A DNA stretch of 63,915 nucleotides, counting the filler, from Lenisia limosa (lineage: Eukaryota > Protista > Breviatea): the NCBI GenBank assembly GCA_001655205.1. It is 14 parts of 14 records of this genome, joined end to end, with 100 filler letters (N's around TTAATTAATTAA, not from the genome) between each part and the next. Parts side by side here need not be neighbours in the genome. Positions count along the whole stretch, not along the records: positions 1 to 7,652 come from LPNZ01011171.1; positions 7,753 to 15,506 come from LPNZ01004290.1; 12 more parts are not named here. One strand, 5' to 3'. The position numbers were made by a program, and so were the translations under genes. Under the pieces are notes generated by a model, which did not search any database, was not told where the DNA came from, and saw nothing but the letters and a program-made list of their open reading frames with translations. Of this stretch, positions 1-11,200 are shown one piece after another (position 1 is the stretch's first letter; each line of letters starts with the position of its first letter).

Positions 1-2988
1 GAGGATGAGGGGCGTTGAATCATCGTATTCTTCCTCAAACTCACTCTGAAGCTGGCTTTCCTAAATGGGTAATGGGTAAGCACCAGGGGGGAAGGCATGC
101 CTTCATGTTTGAGAGTATCTGGCCGAAGCCAGCGACCAGGGTAAGTCTTGACCGATTATCCTTGGGAAATCACATAGCAACTCGGTCAAGACTTATCCCA
201 GTCACTATACATGTACATGTGGGAAACAAGTCGCCCACCCCCAACTCTCCATGAGGCAAATGTGGGTGGTGGTGGTGAAAGTATCTGGCCGAGGCCACCC
301 ACAACTATGGAATATAGATAGGGCTTCACTTTGGTTTCAAAAAATCGAGAAAGTATCGATAGTTTTCGAGGATATCGAGAAATTCAGTCGATTACACTCA
401 AATGGTGCGAAAGAATTATACCACACCATTTTCCGTTTGCTGAAAAAGGCACTTAGTAGCTCCTTTGAACCTTCACCATTCTGAAAAATCAGTTGAAGTA
501 AATGATATAGCAATGAGAAATACAAACAAGTAGTGTCTGACCGAAGCCACGCTTATAGATTGGAATAATATTAATAGTAATCCACCACATCATTTGCCTG
601 AAAACATCTGCTTCACTTCGTTCCTAAAACAGCCTGATCAAACTATAATATGCGTAGTAAATGATATGAAATAATATACTATATGATACATGTACTTGTA
701 GACTATCTGTTCATGAAAAACCACCCAATCATATTTCGAGTGTCACTTTCAGACTGTCCCTTCTAAAAGCCACCAAACCTGAGTTTTATGATGTTTGACA
801 TCAGGACAGCCCTCTTCAATCATGCGAACTGCTTCCTAATATGGTAACTTCACATGGTAAATAGAGAAATCTGCCAAATAAGGAAACACAGAAAATACCG
901 CAAACCCCCATTTTCCACCTCATACAGTGTCACCACGCTTGGCAGCAACGTGGTGAGGTAGAAGTCCCTTTTTGTTTCGGATCAAAAAGATCTAAAGAGG
1001 GATAAGCAAATAGATATCATATGGTGTGGCAAAAAAGAACACTATAACATCAAGATTTATGGAATATTATCCCAGAAATTTAGACTTCAAATTTTCATCA
1101 GAAATTTAGAAGCCTAGGAAAAATAAGACGACAATAGAGCAACACCCCACCCACCAACACCCAAGTTAGTCTGAATCAATACGAGGTACATAGAATAATA
1201 CACAGCGAGAGTCCTACCCTTTGAACAAACCTCTGGAATCCTGTTCAGAAGATAGGGAAGCAGAAGGTCATCCTGAAAATGAATTAGGACAACAACAAAA
1301 TAACCTTCCCTCCAGTAAAAAAATGTACCAACAGTAAGTGAACCTTCTCTCCAGTAAAAACAATGTAAGAACTCTGTTTTGTCAATTAATTTCTTCAAAA
1401 AATAATTGCACATAGCCCTAGTAAGAACAGTATGAGAACCTTCCCTCCAGTAATCAACAGTCAGAGAGACCTTCTCTCCAGTGAAACAATGTAACACCAA
1501 AATTACTGCTGCGTGCAATTAATTTTTTGAAAAAAATTAGTTGACGAAATTTGAAATTAAAGTGTCTGAAATGGAGATATCATGACAACAGGTCTCACTT
1601 CAAATTTTGCAATTAATTTTTTAATTAATTATACGGAGCCCTATTGCCAAAAGGCCCCAACCCAGCCAACCGCAACATCGGGGATCGTACAGCGTGCTAC
1701 AACAGCCACGTGACTGACCAAGTTCATCTGAGAGTCCAATACCCGCTNNNNNNNNNNNNNNNNNNNNNNNNNNNNNNNNNNNNNNNNNNNNNNNNNNNNN
1801 NNNNNNNNNNNNNNNNNNNNNNNNNNNNNNNNNNNNNNNNNNNNNNNNNNNNNNNNNNNNNNNNNNNNNNNNNNNNNNNNNNNNNNNNNNNNNNNNNNNN
1901 NNNNNNNNNNNNNNNNNNNNNNNNNNNNNNNNNNNNNNNNNNNNNNNNNNNNGCATTAAAAATACTACAATATTCAAACCATCCCGAGCATACCGTTATC
2001 CAAAAGGCAGCGAACGGTGTCCACACTATGCTGGTGCACGGCATACCACAACGGCTGATGCTTCTCACCCGTTACGCCCTCAACTACAGCGCCTTGGTTG
2101 ATCTGGAAGTGCATAAGTCAGGCAATTTCACTTCGGTCCCTGACAAAATCCTCGGAAACTATCGATATTTTACCGGTCTTTTTCTTACCGAAGAGAAGCC
2201 TATGTATTGTCAGACAATTGATGGATGAGTATGGATGATGTTAGCTTTCGACTTATCCACCAGCAATTTCATTCATTTAATATATTAAGCCTCCTCACAT
2301 TATATCTTTCACCAACCCACACATACTTCTACCCCCCCCCCCAACAAGGCTCTGCACAGCTTCCGCATTTCCTTCGTGCGCCGCAATACTCAGAGGCGAC
2401 ATTCCCGTCGGCTTTTCTGAGGGGGGGGTAAAAAAGGCATTGAATTATTGAAGGAAATTTATTAAACAACAAAAAGCCCAAAATCAACTCTGCTGGCTGA
2501 CAACACACAAGGGTTGATAACAACANNNNNNNNNNNNNNNNNNNNNNNNNNNNNNNNNNNNNNNNNNNNNNNNNNNNNNNNNNNNNNNNNNNNNNNNNNN
2601 NNNNNNNNNNNNNNNNNNNNNNNNNNNNNNNNNNNNNNNNNNNNNNNNNNNNNNNNNNNNNNNNNNNNNNNNNNNNNNNNNNNNNNNNNNNNNNNNNNNN
2701 NNNNNNNNNNNNNNNNNNNNNNNNNNNNNNNNNNNNAGGCATAAAAGTTGGAAATAGCCCAAATAGCCCGGAATATGGGCTTGATATGATCCGAAAAGGG
2801 GTTTCCTACAGACCCTCAAAAAAGCCTATATAGTCGAGTTAGCATTAATTTAAAATGTTAGCCTGGGGGAAGAGCAGGAATGGGTGGAATAGAGCAAAGA
2901 ATAGTGATCGGGAGAGAGAGATTACGGTCCTAGAAAGGAAGTTGACAGTACCTTGCATTTTGAAGAGGTCTTGACTTGAAACAGACAT
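1..2988 (-). CDS. Ankyrin-repeat protein, multi-exon, 3' end beyond window start
   Basis: Manual splicing on the minus strand: MSVSSQDLFKMQ (ATG at 2988) | GNPFRIISSPYSGLFGLFP.. | KPTGMSPLSIAAHEGNAEAVQSLV | INQGAVVEGVTGEKHQPLWYAVHQHSVDTVRCLLDNG | IFLIRNKKGLLPHHVAAKRGDT | EAVRMIEEG. Three segments fit the ankyrin G-x-(T/S)PLH-x-AA-x-x-G pattern; GT-AG boundaries; some exons are hidden in gaps. Confidence 0.7.
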
Positions 2989-3653
2989 GTTGAAGGACTA
3001 AGGGCCCTTAGAAGGCTTCTCAATAGAACAGTAAAAAATGAACTAAGACAATTCACTGGCTGTAGATCGCCCTGTTGACTTTCAATTACTTATTGTGTTT
3101 GATTTTTTGTGCGTTTTGCCTTTTTCACATTTCCAAACAGTTTACACACGTATAAACTCTGCAGATTATAGCCTATTTCAACAAATCTTGAAATCTTGCA
3201 TCTTCAATCTACCACTCTTCTCAGCTCTTCTCCGGTAGGATATGGAATAAATTAATAGATAAAAAATAATATATATAAACAATATATCAGTCTGCTCCCA
3301 GATATTTGTTGGCTTTCGCGTCTCAATTATTTCTCATTTGAAGCCACCATCATAAACATACGAAAACATACTTCAAATTAATTCAAACTAAGCACACTTT
3401 AACCATCTTACACCGACGGGTAACTTCACTTGAAGAAACTTAAATTGGATTTGTTTGCGATTATTCGTTTATTGTTATGAGTTAAACGCCTATGTGGATG
3501 GTTTCGGCCTGTTACTTCTTTTCAGCATAGTCTGTCAGCAGTGTGATGCAGATGTATGGAGTNNNNNNNNNNNNNNNNNNNNNNNNNNNNNNNNNNNNNN
3601 NNNNNNNNNNNNNNNNNNNNNNNNNNNNNNNNNACCCCCCAGAAAACGTTACA

Positions 3654-6600
3654 ATGAGTTTACTTGCCGCATCCCTCGTACGCCCCATTCTTGGGCCTGT
3701 TCTTAAACCCTTTGCTCAGGCTCGGACTTTTGCCACCTTCAAAAACTGTAAGTGGGTTGTCTGGAGATTGAATCCTCGATAAATATCGATATTTTATCAG
3801 TCTTTTGGGTACCGAACGTGAAGGTCTAGTTTTATAGCATGGAAAGTTCAAAAACAAGTCAAATTTCAATGTTTAATAACGTTGAAGAATGTTGACTTTG
3901 GTGGAAGAGATATCGAATGTTGACTTTGGTGGAAGAGATATCGAATTTTGACTTTGGTGGAGAGATATCGAATTTTGTGTGTTGCATTGATTATTTGTTG
4001 TAGGGCTTCACTTCGGTTCGAAAAACCCCGATAAATATCGATAGTTTTCGAGGATTTATCGAGAAATTCAGTCTTTTTTCGAACCAAAGTGAAGCCCTAG
4101 TTATTTTGTTCAATACAATTCCTTTTTTCCTCAACTCCACCCCCCTCCCCCGCACAAACTCACCTTCCCTAGACCTATCAGGCATTACGGCAGCGGATAA
4201 GAACGAGGAACCCCCTACCGGCTGCTCGACTGGTGGACAGAATTCTGAGCTTTTCGAGTATGCTGGAAGAGATCGTTTTTGGATCAAAAAGGACAGCATT
4301 TCTTTGAGATTCATTTCGATATGGGCACTTGTCTTGGATATGAGGGCTGTCTTTAAGACTTGGAGTGATTCTCTCGTTTTCTCGCTATTCCTTCTGTAAA
4401 AACTGATAATGTTCCCGGGGTTTCGACCCAGCTGAAGTCCTGTAACACCCAAGCCATGTTTTGAAACAGTTCAAGAGACGCATGGATACTGGGTTCCATC
4501 AAAATGTCAAAAACCTTGAGTTTGTTTCTGCTAAACCCGGCGAAGTCAAGTAAGAGGGAAAAAAAAAGGGGGGGGAGGTAAAAATTGCACTCGTTTCACA
4601 TTGGTAAACTATACATTCTTGACGTTATTCTCCAGGTATCGTTTTGATATTGGAGAAGAATCCTTGAATGTTATGAAGGTCTGTGAATGGCCCTATCTAT
4701 AGTTTCTTATTTTTTAATGTTTTTTTTTAATTGCTTCAAAAAGCCTGTATTTCTCGATAAATCCTGGATAAAAATTATATTTTACTGCGCAGTATATCAT
4801 CTGCATTTTGTGTCACAATTTTTTGATCAAGAAACCATAAATTATCAAAGTGTATCATATCAGATAATACATTAAAAATCGTGGGAAATAAAAAAAAATA
4901 CATAGGGATACAATGAAGACAATTACTACCATGCTTCTGCGCCCATGCTCCTTGCCCCCTCAAGTTCCTACCGAAGGAGGCCTACTTATCCATCAGGTGA
5001 TGCATGGAGCGTGTATGGGCATGCTTGTCGATGACTGTTCGACCTATGCCATTCTCACAACAGAAAAAATGTATGTGGGGTGGGGGGCTTCACTTCGGTT
5101 CGAAAAAGACCGGTAAACTATCAATAGTTTTCGAAGATTTATCGAGAAACGCGGTCTTNNNNNNNNNNNNNNNNNNNNNNNNNNNNNNNNNNNNNNNNNN
5201 NNNNNNNNNNNNNNNNNNNNNNNNNNNNNNNNNNNNNNNNNNNNNNNNNNNNNNNNNNNNNNNNNNNNNNNNNNNNGTGTTGAAATAGACATTTATTGAT
5301 CCGTGTAGCCCCGGAGTAACAGTGGACCTTTCCTTCACTGTCATGAAACCCGTGATGCCCGAAAAGCCCCTCGATATCACTGCCAGGGTCAGTTTCTTCC
5401 AATATCTCTATATAGGGCTTCACTTCGAAAAAATATTAGTTTTTGGGGATATTTTTCGAGAAATTAGTCTTTTTTTTCGAACTAAAGTGACTTATATATA
5501 TGCATGAACGGCTAAACCCTATAAAACCCTATAAATCCCGATATTTTTATAAATTTTNNNNNNNNNNNNNNNNNNNNNNNNNNNNNNNNNNNNNNNNNNN
5601 NNNNNNNNNNNNNNNNNNNNNNNNNNNNNNNNNNNNNNNNNNNNNNNNNNNNNNNNNNNNNNNNNNNNNNNNNNNNNNNNNNNNNNNNNNNNNNNNNNNN
5701 NNNNNNNNNNNNNNNNNNNNNNNNNNNNNNNNNNNNNNNNNNNNNNNNNNNNNNNNNNNNNNNNNNNNNNNNNNNNNNNNNNNNNNNNNNNNNNNNNNNN
5801 NNNNNNNNNNNNNNNNNNNNNNNNNNNNNNNNNNNNNNNNNNNNNNNNNNNNNNNNNNNNNNNNNNNNNNNNNNNNNNNNCCAAAACCCTGAAAATGGTT
5901 GAATCATATTTTAAAATGACGTTAGTAGGCTCCAGATATGAAGCCTGACATTTTGACTGAAATTACCAACAAAGGAATATTCGAGTATTTTGGTAATTTC
6001 AGTCAAAATGTCAGGCTTCATATCTGGAGCCTACTAACGTCATTTTAAAATCTGATTCGACCATTTTAAGGGTTTTGGGGGTCTGACTTTCTGTTTCTAA
6101 CGTCATTATATATATAAGTTTTAAAGGGCTGTCAGAAAAGAAAAGGCTGTTTTTAAGACTTTCAAAGCCCTATTTTCCTAATTAGGCAAGTAAGGAACTT
6201 TCTGGAACTTTCGGGGTCCGAATCACAAAAATATCGCAAAAGTTATGAAACTTCCACAAACTTAATTCCAATTTGTGTGAAATTTTACATTTGGTCATTA
6301 TTTCGTATTTCTCTTGGTTTTTATTGATGTCCAAGTTTTTTGAGGGAAATTGTTCAAAAAGTTTATAAAAATATCGGTAGGGTTTAGCCGTTCATGCATA
6401 TATATATGTATATACATGTATATGTTGAGCCAAGTTTTATAATTATTTATGTAAAACCTGTAAGTTTCTATTAAACTTGGATCAGAAAGAATCTGCGTTC
6501 AGGCTCCCCACATCTAATATCACCCCAGATGCCCCCATCGTAATATATTTCGACACTCCTCTCCATCAGAAAATATCACCCACCCNNNNNNNNNNNNNNN

Positions 6601-6958
6601 NNNNNNNNNNNNNNNNNNNNNNNNNNNNNNNNNNNNNNNNNNNNNNNNNNNNNNNNNNNNNNNNNNNNNNNNNNNNNNNNNNNNNNNNNNNNNNNNNNNN
6701 NNNNNNNNNNNNNNNNNNNNNNNNNNNNNNNNNNNNNNNNNNNNNNNNNNNNNNNNNNNNNNNNNNNNNNNNNNNTTCTGTACCTATTTTGTTCATTCAC
6801 ACCTTAATATATCCCGTGCTCTCTTTTTTAAAACGCTTTCCCCCTCATTTGTCTAGGTCGTTCGTATGGGCAAGTCGCTCTGCTTTGTTGAGATTGACAT
6901 GTTCAACAACGGCAAGCTTGTCTGCACGGGCAAACAGACCAAGTTCATGGCGAGATAA
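3654..6958 (+). CDS. ACOT13: Hotdog-fold acyl-CoA thioesterase, ACOT13/THEM2 (PaaI) family
   Basis: Exons at ~4470-4550, 4637-4679, 4997-5070, ~5290-5388 and 6858-6958 splice to FKRRMDTGFHQNVKNLEFVSAKPGEVK-YRFDIGEESLNVMK-VMHGACMGMLVDDCSTYAILTTEK-TFIDPCSPGVTVDLSFTVMKPVMPEKPLDITAR-VVRMGKSLCFVEIDMFNNGKLVCTGKQTKFMAR*. This shows the N..(L/M)HG(G/A)...(V)D motif and the C-terminal G(K/R)xTK motif. The 5' end is uncertain. Confidence 0.8.
3885..3975. repeat. Tandem repeat, ~28-bp unit (GAATGTTGACTTTGGTGGAAGAGATATC) x3
   Basis: Direct reading of the sequence. Confidence 0.8.
4003..4097. mobile_element. MITE family A (~95 bp, TIR GGGCTTCACTTCGGTTCGAAAAA, TA-flanked)
   Basis: TA-GGGCTTCACTT...AAGTGAAGCCC-TA. 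Related copies lie at ~321, 2125, 5085, 5415, 22253, 44656, 56928 and 62570; a subfamily with TIR GGGCTTCCCTACGG lies at ~17088, 25165, 43912, 59736 and 62980. Confidence 0.8.
5501..6398. mobile_element. ~900-bp TIR element in a TA tract with an internal 198-bp hairpin
   Basis: Ends TGCATGAACGGCTAAACCCT / AGGGTTTAGCCGTTCATGCA are flanked by TATATA. The internal inverted repeat is 5881-5969 versus 5990-6078. Confidence 0.75.
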
Positions 6959-7652
6959 AGACTGGATAGTGCGGATGACGTGTCGTGTGTGTTGTCTTCC
7001 TAGTGTCTAAGTGAATTCGTTTCTTGTTGGTTGTGGAGTTGTGGATTGTGTAAATGGTGTGAAGGAAGGTTTTGGTTTATTTAATGATTTAATGATGTAT
7101 TTTATGCAAAGTGTTTAATATATTCAGAAAATAGGAACTGGTTGATCAGTAGATCCGAATATTGTTTTAGTTTTTTTTTTTTTCAAAATGTCAACAACGA
7201 AAGATAAATCAATCACTCAATAGAGACAAAGATTCCAAGATTCCTCTTCTCCGTTCTACAATAAAGAATCACGTTGAAGAACACAATCCGAACATTTTGC
7301 TTTGGGGCGACACGAGGCGATCTGGCTCCCCATCCTCCATCCCATCACTATATAAGCTGACCTAGTTAAACAAGAGCCTCTGGTGCGGTATCGGGGCCCG
7401 AAGGCAGTCTTCTGGCCACGGAAACTGGTATGATGATCGCTTGCCGAGAAATATGCGAGATAGAGAGGACCAGAGGGATTTCTTTATTGTCTTTGAAATG
7501 ATTTAGATTCGTAAACACATCCTTGGGTTAAAGATATTAACAAGCTTTGACACATATAATATATTGTGTTGTAATTGCTTATTTCGTTGTTTTTTTTTTG
7601 TTTTGGAGTTCAGATTATTTGGTTTGTGATAAGCCAATATTCTTCATCGAAA

Positions 7653-7752
7653 NNNNNNNNNNNNNNNNNNNNNNNNNNNNNNNNNNNNNNNNNNNNTTAA
7701 TTAATTAANNNNNNNNNNNNNNNNNNNNNNNNNNNNNNNNNNNNNNNNNNNN
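7653..7752. other. Artificial scaffold linker (44 N + TTAATTAATTAA + 44 N), first of 13
   Basis: The same 100-bp structure starts at 7653, 15507, 20785, 22470, 26916, 41834, 43709, 45271, 46601, 49020, 50419, 59370 and 61353. The 12-mer is palindromic and puts TAA in all six frames. Confidence 0.97.
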
Positions 7753-8206
7753 ATTCCTTCACCAATCCTTGAACAAACATTCGAGGACAGCAGCGCCTAT
7801 CTGCCGCCTGCTGTAGGGGTAAGTAAATTGCAATATGGCGATTTTTGAATATTCTTGTGTTTTGTTATAGTTGCTCGGGTCTATTTTACAGGTTCTTGGC
7901 CGCTGGATACTATTTCGACACAAAAATTCGACGATTTTTCTTCATAAATCCCCTAAAATCAGTTCAATTAGCCTCCATTAACACCTTTTCTTGAGACAAA
8001 GTCGTCAAACTTTTTGGGTTCCAACATTTCCAACCCCCTGTGGCCAAGTGCCATAATAATACCGACTTGGTGTTGCATAAACGGCTGAACTTTGATTGTT
8101 TCGTTATTTTCAACCGTCGCATTTTCCTTGCGGAAAGATTCTGGGTTTAATTCATAAATTGTCCATGTTTACAATTTACCCCTTCAGCCTTCCGCAGCCG
8201 AAAGCA

Positions 8207-11200
8207 AGGCTGAGATTGAGAGTCTTAAGACTAGTCTGCAAGGCCTTCACCATCGCTTTCTAGTACTACAGACTCAACAGGTTCGTTACGAGTATTTTAG
8301 TCTGCATTTATAAACCAACTACCATGTATTAAAAGCATGAACAGCCTCGAGTGTTATCTTTGTTGTTTCATTTAAAATGACGTAGGAGAAAGACCTAGCG
8401 GCATGCCAAGAGAAAACTGATCAAGAGGTTTGGGGAAGTATATGATGATGCGATGATAAAAAATTAAAAGCTATAATAAAATAGTTTGATACTATTATTT
8501 TTCTTTTGTTGGTAAGATATTATTATGTAATTATGTGTTATGCATATACAATGCATCGTAAGTATTTCAGTTTTTGTTTGAGTCCTTTTTATAACTTTTT
8601 CAGATCCAAAGCCTCAACCATCAAATTACTGAAGCAAAAAAGGCTACCTTGGAGGCTAGGGTGAGCATTTCTTCTTATCCCATCCCATCCCATCTTTTTC
8701 TCGTTAGCATTGTTTTCCAAGTTAAACTGTCAAGTTTTTGTCAAGCAATCAAACATTTTTCATCACGCTCTCCTTTTGTATTTCGTACCAGCTTGCTCAA
8801 TAATAACTTTTGTACTTTGTATCATCAGAAGGGTATAACACCCACCCAGATGGAGTTTGCCACATTCATCAGCCAACTTGACGTGGCAGTAGATGGGGAA
8901 TCGCGAGAGGATGTTCTTGACCATGTGGGGGGTGACATAATGGACCATGTGGGGGGTGACAGAATGGTGTATAATATCTATCTATATCTATCTATATGTG
9001 TAATATCACAGTGTATTATTCATTAGTAATATAATTGTCCTCATCCGTAACCTTTATCATCCTGTGCATAGGTAGCATAAATGAAATGGTTTTTGCACAT
9101 TTGAAGTAGGTATTTTTATTTTGTGATAGTAGTTATGATCCAAGTTGAAACAGATGTGTACATGTGTTCGCATTCCTTGACTTTTAGATAAACTATCTTC
9201 GAGGTTGTGCGTTGGCTCATGATTCCGATCATCCGACGGCAGAAGTAATACAGTCCGACAACCGCGCCTCCGAACGAATCGCTAATCTCATGCTGAGTAA
9301 CACTCAGAAAGTATCCGGGGGAGGGGGGGACGTAAAGTGACTCTCTTCCCCTATACGAGCCCCATATTTCCTATTACCTCCTACTTGTCATCCCAAACAC
9401 TGACCATATTTAGCAAAATATCCTGTTCCGTTGACTTTTCCCTTTTGCTTTGTTGATTCCAGGACATCAGTTGTTTGTCCTAAGTGATAGTTTGATGCCG
9501 CACACCACATCATTCGATCTTTGTTGCGGTGTTGCTTTGACCCTCGTGTGTTTCCCAAATGCTTCGCCAACTGAGTTGATTTTGGGCTTTTTTGTTTTGT
9601 AAAATTTACTTTTTCACCCCTCCCCCTCCCCTCCCGAATTCACCTTCACCCAGGACAATGAGCTCTCTCAGCTGCAAGCCGCATACCTTGCCTTGGAATC
9701 CCGCAACTCAGAGGCCTTTGACAAGCTCATTGCTATCCACACCGTTGTGGCTGCTAACAACCCTCAGACGCCACAAGCGACAGTGGGGGCTGTGTTATTC
9801 AGCATCATATCATGTTCAACCTTGTAGCCAAAGAGCGAGCATTTCATAGCCATTAGAAGGGTTTTTTGTCTCCCAGATAAATCGAGTCGAATTTTTTTCA
9901 AAGTGGAGTTGATTGTGTGTTGCAATTCCCCCTATTTGACTCATGTAGGATCTGGAATCAATGGTGGAAATGGAGATAATCCAGCCGATTATCCACCTCC
10001 AGAGGCGAAATGTGAGCCATTTAGACTTTTCGGGAACTACTTATTCAAAACGAGGATATTTGGGAGTATAAGTGGCACAGAACAAAATAAACAGTTAGCC
10101 TTAAACAGTACAACACTGGGCACCTTAATCACACGAGACTACCTGATTAATAATTACTAAAGTTTATTCCGACCAATACTCTATTCCCTACTGCACATAT
10201 CTCTTACCCTCTCACATTACAGTACGAGCTTGAAATGGCGTTAAAAGCCTCAGTTGAGGGCAAAGACGGCCCCGAGCACGAGGACATTTTGCTTGCCAAC
10301 TCCTTACTGCAGGGGAAGGTTGGGGGGGGGGGGGGGNNNNNNNNNNNNNNNNNNNNNNNNNNNNNNNNNNNNNNNNNNNNNNNNNNNNNNNNNNNNNNNN
10401 NNNNNNNNNNNNNNNNNNNNNNNNNNNNNNNNNNNNNNNNNNNNNNNNNNNNNNNNNNNNNNNNNNNNNNNNNNNNNNNTGGGCTTTCTTGTTTCATAAA
10501 TTTTCGAATTTTACTCCCACTCGCCCAGCTGGCAGCACTGGAGGAAGATCTTGCGAACTTGCAGACGGAGCATGAAGAGCAACTTCATGCGCAGAAGGAG
10601 TTTTACAGCCACGAAATAACCCATCAGAAGGCCGTGTTTGCAAGGTATGGCGTTGGAGTGGGTGTATATCGATATATGTAAGGAAAAAGTCGATAATTGG
10701 TAGAAGGGGTGTAAACTAGGGGCACCCATGCAACTCCACCTCAATATTAATTTTCTAATTCCGTTTACCCCCTTTTAGAGATGTGAATCAATTGGATGAG
10801 GATTTCCACTCTCTCAGCCAGCAAGTTATTGCCTTATCGGTATGATTGGGACAATCCTGTTGCATCTATACTATTTGGTATGCTTTTTTAGCCCAATGCA
10901 TTTGAGTCCACCCAGTCTTCATGAAACAACGCGACCGGCTTTCACCTTGTAGAAACGAGACTCTCACGAAATGGCTGGGCTTCAGGAGTCGTTGAGGTTG
11001 GAATTGGGTTGTAGGATTAGTGTTCTCTTTCGCATGACAGTTGTTTTGTAAATTCTGTCATTTCCGTCTGTGGGGAGGCTTACTGAAGTATAATTGCCTT
11101 CCCTACAATCCGAAATTTAAATTATTGCCCCTCCTCACACCCTAGGTCGGCCCTTGCGGGAGCGTCACATAGGGCTGCAGCACTTGTAAAATGATTTCCG

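Noticed and set aside
3991-4452. 153-aa minus-strand ORF
   Set aside because: It reads through a MITE, lies antisense to the thioesterase locus, and shows no recognisable motif.
4400-4470. In-frame TAA upstream of the thioesterase core as evidence of stop-codon reassignment
   Set aside because: TAA terminates Hsp110 and the thioesterase at the expected positions, and no in-frame TAA/TAG occurs in the conserved exons I translated.
7697-7708. Recurrent TTAATTAATTAA palindrome as a biological motif or CRISPR-like repeat
   Set aside because: It is always centred in exactly 44+44 N, so it is a six-frame-stop assembly linker.
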